Shown here piece by piece: positions 44,856 to 48,651 of a DNA stretch of 48,651 nucleotides. This stretch comes from Candidatus Eiseniibacteriota bacterium (GTDB taxonomy: Bacteria; Eisenbacteria; RBG-16-71-46; SZUA-252). Location of the stretch: assembly GCA_041484545.1 (NCBI GenBank), contig JBGPHU010000001.1, positions 1-48,651 on the forward strand. The letters run 5' to 3'. The stretch's first letter is position 1. The number at the start of each line of letters is the position of its first letter. A model generated the notes under the pieces. It was given only the letters and a program-made list of their open reading frames with translations. It searched no databases and was not told the DNA's origin. A program made the translations under genes and the position numbers.

Positions 44856-46310
44856 ATGAGACGACTTCCTATCTGGGTTCTATGCATGAGCCTTGCCTGC
44901 GCGCTGCTGGTTTCGGTGGACCACGCAACAGCGCAGACGGGCGCTTCGATCAGTCTTCAAATCGGGGACCGATACCGTGGCCCCAGCCTGGGCTTCTACG
45001 ACGAGTCCAACGTCGTGTCGATCCCGGGCCGGGCCGGCGTTTACTACGTCCAGGACTCCGATAACGATGTCTACCGCTACAACAACATGTGGTACATGAA
45101 CTACAGTGGCGATTGGTATCGCGCGAACGCCTACGGCGGACCGTGGACCTTCGTCGGGTACCGTTCGGTTCCGCAGCCTGTCTACACGGTGCCGTCCTCG
45201 TATCGCAGGAGCTGGAGCGACTACCGCGACAGCCACTACGATTGGAGCCGGTCCGATCGCTACAGTGGCAATTACACGAACTCGGCTGTCGGCGGGTCGT
45301 TGACCCTCCGGATCGGCGACCGCTACAACGGGCCGAATCTGGGCTTCTACGGTCAGCCGAGGCTTCGCGGCGTGAGGGGACACGACGGCGTCTACTACGT
45401 CCGTGACTCCGACAACGACGTCTACCGCTATGGCAACATGTGGTACCTGAACTATAATGGCGACTGGTACCGCGCGAGCAGCTACAACGGTCCGTGGGTC
45501 TTCGTCGGCTACCGATCGGTGCCGAGGATGGTCTATACGGTCCCGGCCCAGTACCGCAGAACCTGGCGGGACTACCGCGATCGCCACTACACCTATCGCG
45601 CCGATGACACGAATCGTTATGGAAACGTCGGCGGGAGCGTCACGCTTCGCATCGGAGACCGATACAACGGCCCCAATCTCGGCTTCTACGACATGCCCAA
45701 CATGGTCCGGGTTCCGGGGCGCGGCGTGTACTACGTCCAGGACTCCGATTACGACGTCTACCGCGCGGGCAACTACTGGTACATGAACTACAATGGAGAC
45801 TGGTACCGCGCCGGCAGTTACCGCGGGCCCTGGATCTTCGTCGGGTTCCAGTCGGTGCCGCGCGACGTCTATACCCTTCCGGCCCAGTACCGCCGCTGGA
45901 GCGACTACCGGGATCGGCACTCCATGTCGACCACGGATGACAACACGAACTACGGCCGCGATAACACCGTCGACGACAACACGGGCGTCTCGTTCACGCT
46001 CCGGATCGGCCAGCGCTACAACGGGCCGGATCTCCGGTTTAATGGCGAGCCGCAGGTCGAGTCGGTGCCCGGCGGACGGGGCGTCTACTACGTGCGCGAT
46101 TCGAACAACGACGTCTATCGTTACGGGAACAGCTGGTACATGAACTACAACGGCGACTGGTATCGCGCGAGCAGCTACGGTGGAACGTGGTCGTTCGTCG
46201 GATACCGCTCGGTTCCGCGCGAAATCTACAGCGTTCCCACGGGCTATCGGAGAAACTGGACCGACTACCGCGACCGGCACTACGACTGGAACGACAACGG
46301 TCGGGATTGA
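44856..46310 (+). CDS. Secreted protein made of four tandem ~115-aa Tyr/Trp/Arg/Asp-rich modules; family not recognised
   Basis: 484 aa with a signal peptide (ALLVSVDHATA). Each module reads S.TLRIGDRYNGPNLGFY...GVYYV.DSDNDVYRYGN.WYMNYNGDWYRASSY.GPW.FVGYRSVP..VYTVP..YRR.W.DYRDRHY. Strong SD AAGGAGGAG. Confidence 0.85.
   Translation: MRRLPIWVLCMSLACALLVSVDHATAQTGASISLQIGDRYRGPSLGFYDESNVVSIPGRAGVYYVQDSDNDVYRYNNMWYMNYSGDWYRANAYGGPWTFVGYRSVPQPVYTVPSSYRRSWSDYRDSHYDWSRSDRYSGNYTNSAVGGSLTLRIGDRYNGPNLGFYGQPRLRGVRGHDGVYYVRDSDNDVYRYGNMWYLNYNGDWYRASSYNGPWVFVGYRSVPRMVYTVPAQYRRTWRDYRDRHYTYRADDTNRYGNVGGSVTLRIGDRYNGPNLGFYDMPNMVRVPGRGVYYVQDSDYDVYRAGNYWYMNYNGDWYRAGSYRGPWIFVGFQSVPRDVYTLPAQYRRWSDYRDRHSMSTTDDNTNYGRDNTVDDNTGVSFTLRIGQRYNGPDLRFNGEPQVESVPGGRGVYYVRDSNNDVYRYGNSWYMNYNGDWYRASSYGGTWSFVGYRSVPREIYSVPTGYRRNWTDYRDRHYDWNDNGRD
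44946..46284 (+). repeat. Four in-frame tandem repeats with periods of about 351, 339 and 354 nt
   Basis: Module starts at aa 31, 148, 261 and 379 (nt 44946, 45297, 45636, 45990). Protein-level identity between modules is high, and DNA similarity is visible (for example gactccgataacgatgtctaccgctac versus gactccgacaacgacgtctaccgctat). Confidence 0.9.
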
Positions 46311-46359
46311 CGATCGAACAGAAACGAAACGGGAGGATGTCGGCTGACACCCCGGGACA

Positions 46360-46384
46360 GGGGCCCGAAGCGTGGGCCCCTTTT
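46360..46384 (+). terminator. Intrinsic terminator after the 4x repeat gene
   Basis: GGGGCCC-gaagcgt-GGGCCCC followed by TTTT. Confidence 0.7.
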
Positions 46385-46555
46385 CCATGCCCGCCCGGCC
46401 CCGCGCCGGCGGCACGGCGAGGCGCGCCCCAGGTGTGACCCATTCTCCACGCTGGCGCGACGCGAGCCGCACCCTTGCGAGTCGGACAGATCCTTGCCGC
46501 TCGCCTAACACGGTCGGGGTGAAGCGGCTACTGGGGTTAGCCTCGATACAAGACT

Positions 46556-46571
46556 TGGCATGAGCGTTGCT
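46556..46571 (+). promoter_or_regulatory. Sigma-54 (-24/-12) promoter-like element upstream of the single-module paralog
   Basis: TGGCAT-GAGCG-TTGCT, a near-consensus match. The -12 GC is 70 nt upstream of the ATG at 46640. Confidence 0.65.
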
Positions 46572-46639
46572 CTCGTACGAGCCTGGAAGGGGCTACCACC
46601 CAGGTGGCGCTGGAATTTGTCGTGGCATAGGAGGAATTC

Positions 46640-47125
46640 ATGAGCCGCATTTCTCTCTGGATCGCGTTTCTCGTGACGGCGCTTGCGCTCGTGTCGCCGG
46701 CCTCGAGGGCGAGCGCGCGCACAAGTGTGTCGATCGACCTGCATATCGGAGATGCGTACCGCGGGCCTCGGCTGATGTTCCAGCACGAGCCGGACGTCGT
46801 GGTCGTCCCGGGAACGAGGGTCTACTACGTTCGTGATTACGACTACGACATCTACCGCTACGGCAGCTTCTGGTACTACAACTACGATGGCGGCTGGTAT
46901 CGCGCCCGCAGGTACAACGGTCCGTTCACGTATGTCGGCTATCGCTCCGTTCCCAGCGCGGTGACCTACGTTCCAACGAGGTATCGCAGACATTGGCGCG
47001 ATGCCGGCGAAGGGCGCGCATACGGCCGTGACAACGGACGCGGAAACGACAACGGACGCGGAAACGACTACGGGCGCGGAAACGACAACGGACGCGGCCA
47101 CGGCAACAAGCACGGAGGCAGGTGA
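46640..47125 (+). CDS. Secreted single-module paralog of the Tyr/Trp/Arg/Asp-rich repeat protein, with a (GRGNDN)n tail
   Basis: 161 aa with a signal peptide. SIDLHIGDAYRGPRLMF...RVYYVRDYDYDIYRYGSFWYYNYDGGWYRARRYNGPFTYVGYRSVP..VTYVPTRYRRHW aligns with the modules of 44856..46310. Tail GRDNGRGNDNGRGNDYGRGNDNGRGHG is encoded by about four 18-nt repeats (about 47030-47100). SD AGGAGG. Confidence 0.85.
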   Translation: MSRISLWIAFLVTALALVSPASRASARTSVSIDLHIGDAYRGPRLMFQHEPDVVVVPGTRVYYVRDYDYDIYRYGSFWYYNYDGGWYRARRYNGPFTYVGYRSVPSAVTYVPTRYRRHWRDAGEGRAYGRDNGRGNDNGRGNDYGRGNDNGRGHGNKHGGR

Positions 47126-47201
47126 GCTAGAGCCGCCCGGTTCAGCAAAGCCGTAAGAAGATGGGGCTCCCGCGAGGGGGCCCTTCGTATTGCCGGGCGC
47201 G

Positions 47202-48125
47202 CTAAGGCCGTCCGCGATTCACGAGCCAGATCCCGAAGAGGATGATCGCTCCCCCTGCCATCGTTCCGATCCGGATCGATTCCCCCAAGAGCGCAGCGGC
47301 CACGGCCACCGTCACGAGCGGCTCGAGATAGAGGAAGGCCCCGACGCGTGACGCTGGAAGACGCTCGAGCGCGTCGTACCAGAACACGTACGCCACGCCG
47401 GAACAGATGATCCCGAGAAAGAGCAGCGCAGCCGTCCCGGCGCCTGTGAGCGGACCGATCCCCCGGAAGCCGGACTGGACCACAAAGAGCCCCGTGGTGA
47501 GAACCCATCCGAGAAGCATCACGTAGAACATCATGAGCGCCGCCGGATGCCGCTTCAGCCCGCTCCGCGAGAGCACCGAGAACACCGCCCAGTTCACGGC
47601 GCTGATCAGGATGAGCGCGTCTCCCGGCGCCCCCAGACGCCCCACGACGATCGCGCGTGGATCCCCGCGCGCCACGACGAGCAGCACGCCCGCCGTCGCG
47701 AGCACGATTCCCGCGAGTCCCCCCGGACCGATCCGCTCGCGCAGGAACACGCGCCCGAGGACCGCGATGAAGAGCGGGGTGGTTGCAATGATCCAGCCGG
47801 TCGTCGTCGCCTGGGAGGTGACGAGGCCATTGGACTGCAGCCACTGATGCAGGGTGATGCCCAGGAATCCGAGAAGCAGGAAATAGGCGAAGTCGCGTTT
47901 CTGGATCGGGCGGAATTGACGCCGGCCGAGCACGAAAAGCCCCAGGACAATGACGCCGAGGGAAAAACGGGCCCATACGAGGGCCACCGGCGCGAGCTCG
48001 CGCAGGGCGATCTTCGTCGCGACAAACGAGGCTCCCCACGCGACGACCGCGAACGCGACCTTGAGGAGGTTCACCGCGTTCGATGGATTTCCGGTAGGAT
48101 CGACGGTAGAGGGGGGCCTCGCCAT
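47202..48125 (-). CDS. DMT-superfamily (EamA-like) transporter
   Basis: 307 aa with about ten TM segments in two EamA-like halves (AWGASFVATKIAL..., SAVNWAVFSVLSR...). Confidence 0.85.
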   Translation of the reverse strand: MARPPSTVDPTGNPSNAVNLLKVAFAVVAWGASFVATKIALRELAPVALVWARFSLGVIVLGLFVLGRRQFRPIQKRDFAYFLLLGFLGITLHQWLQSNGLVTSQATTTGWIIATTPLFIAVLGRVFLRERIGPGGLAGIVLATAGVLLVVARGDPRAIVVGRLGAPGDALILISAVNWAVFSVLSRSGLKRHPAALMMFYVMLLGWVLTTGLFVVQSGFRGIGPLTGAGTAALLFLGIICSGVAYVFWYDALERLPASRVGAFLYLEPLVTVAVAAALLGESIRIGTMAGGAIILFGIWLVNRGRP

Positions 48126-48444
48126 GACTCAGACGCAGCTACTCAAGAAGGTCCAACGAGCGAACTGGCGCTCGCTTCAGAAGGTCGTTCGCCAGGCCTA
48201 TCGGGAAGGGTTCAGCGCCGGTCTCGTTCGGGCGCACGGCGTTGGCCGCCGTGGCCGCACCATCCGCGCGGACGCCCGGGTGGAGGGCTTGGTGCGCCGG
48301 ATCGAGCGGCATTTCGGACTCGGCCGCTACGCCTTCGAGGTTCGGGTGGTTCACGCTGCCTCGGGGCGGAGAATTCCCGCCCGCGATCTGCTCGTGAAAT
48401 ACCTCACGGAGGAGCGGACGCAGCGCGACTCGAAGAAACCCTGA
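48124..48444 (+). CDS. Hypothetical basic protein (106 aa)
   Basis: ATG-initiated part of track ORF 47950..48444 (MTQTQLLKKVQRANWRSLQKVV...). No recognisable domain. Its start overlaps the divergent EamA start. Confidence 0.4.
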   Translation: MTQTQLLKKVQRANWRSLQKVVRQAYREGFSAGLVRAHGVGRRGRTIRADARVEGLVRRIERHFGLGRYAFEVRVVHAASGRRIPARDLLVKYLTEERTQRDSKKP

Positions 48445-48651
48445 GCCCCGGTCACTCGAAATGTTCCATGGCCCAGACGTCGCCACCCTGCGGACGGAAC
48501 CGGTCGAACAGCACCCACCAGGATCGTGAAATGGGCGAGCCTTGTTCCGGCGGCGAGCATCGTGGGTATTCTACCCGGACGACGTTCGAGGGACTAGCGG
48601 CGCGAAAACTCCGGGGACATCAGCGCAGAGGACGGAGAATCTGGCTGAAGC

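Noticed and set aside
44946-46284. Regularly spaced ~345-nt DNA repeats, considered as a possible CRISPR-like or satellite array
   Set aside because: The period is far too long for CRISPR and there is no repeat-spacer structure. The repeats are in frame and encode a conserved protein module.
44880-46511. 543-aa ORF antisense to the repeat-protein gene
   Set aside because: It mirrors a plus-strand gene that has a signal peptide, a strong SD and a clear repeat architecture. Its Val/Arg/Ala/Pro-rich composition is typical of an off-strand reading frame in GC-rich DNA.
48571-48651. Open minus-strand frame entering from the right edge (...ASARFSVLCADVPGVFAPLVPRTSSG stop)
   Set aside because: Only 26 codons are visible, which is too little to call a gene or a function.

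Overview
High-GC (about two-thirds G+C by eye) bacterial chromosomal fragment, densely coded on both strands. I saw no rRNA, CRISPR array, transposase or integrase. Lineage is inferred only. A PorV/PorQ-type outer-membrane protein and two cargo proteins with C-terminal FlgD-Ig/T9SS-type sorting domains suggest an FCB-superphylum or Gemmatimonadota-like organism.

Recognisable genes:
- Housekeeping: ltaE (truncated at the left edge), an HU/IHF-like protein, ogg, rsgA, nagZ, lpxH, ppx/gppA, rlmN, eno, ftsB and an initiator tRNA-fMet.
- Envelope: HtrA, an AmiC-like amidase, an HMA-domain protein, a parvulin PPIase and a POTRA-less Omp85 protein.
- Regulatory: an ECF sigma/anti-sigma pair, an NtrY/NtrX-like two-component system, and a 1046-aa TPR-GAF-AAA+ sigma-54 activator.

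Main signal: the window has unusually many sigma-54 (-24/-12) promoter-like sites. There are five, all intergenic and all correctly oriented 45-140 nt upstream of start codons or of a structured non-coding segment.
- One sits just downstream of the large TPR-GAF activator gene. It is followed by about 175 nt of ORF-less, hairpin-rich sequence ending in a strong U7-flanked intrinsic terminator, so it is a candidate sigma-54-dependent small RNA.
- A second sigma-54 promoter follows. It fronts a translationally coupled operon: FN3 lipoprotein, DUF4384 protein, M6 metalloprotease with FG-GAP repeats and a T9SS CTD, and PorV.
- Two more sigma-54 promoters front a pair of paralogous secreted proteins. 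These are built from an unrecognised ~115-aa Tyr/Trp/Arg/Asp-rich module, present as four tandem copies in one protein and one copy in the other.
- The fifth fronts a small ORF coupled to an alkaline-phosphatase-like metalloenzyme.

All functional calls come from reading the translated sequence for motifs. No database search was run.
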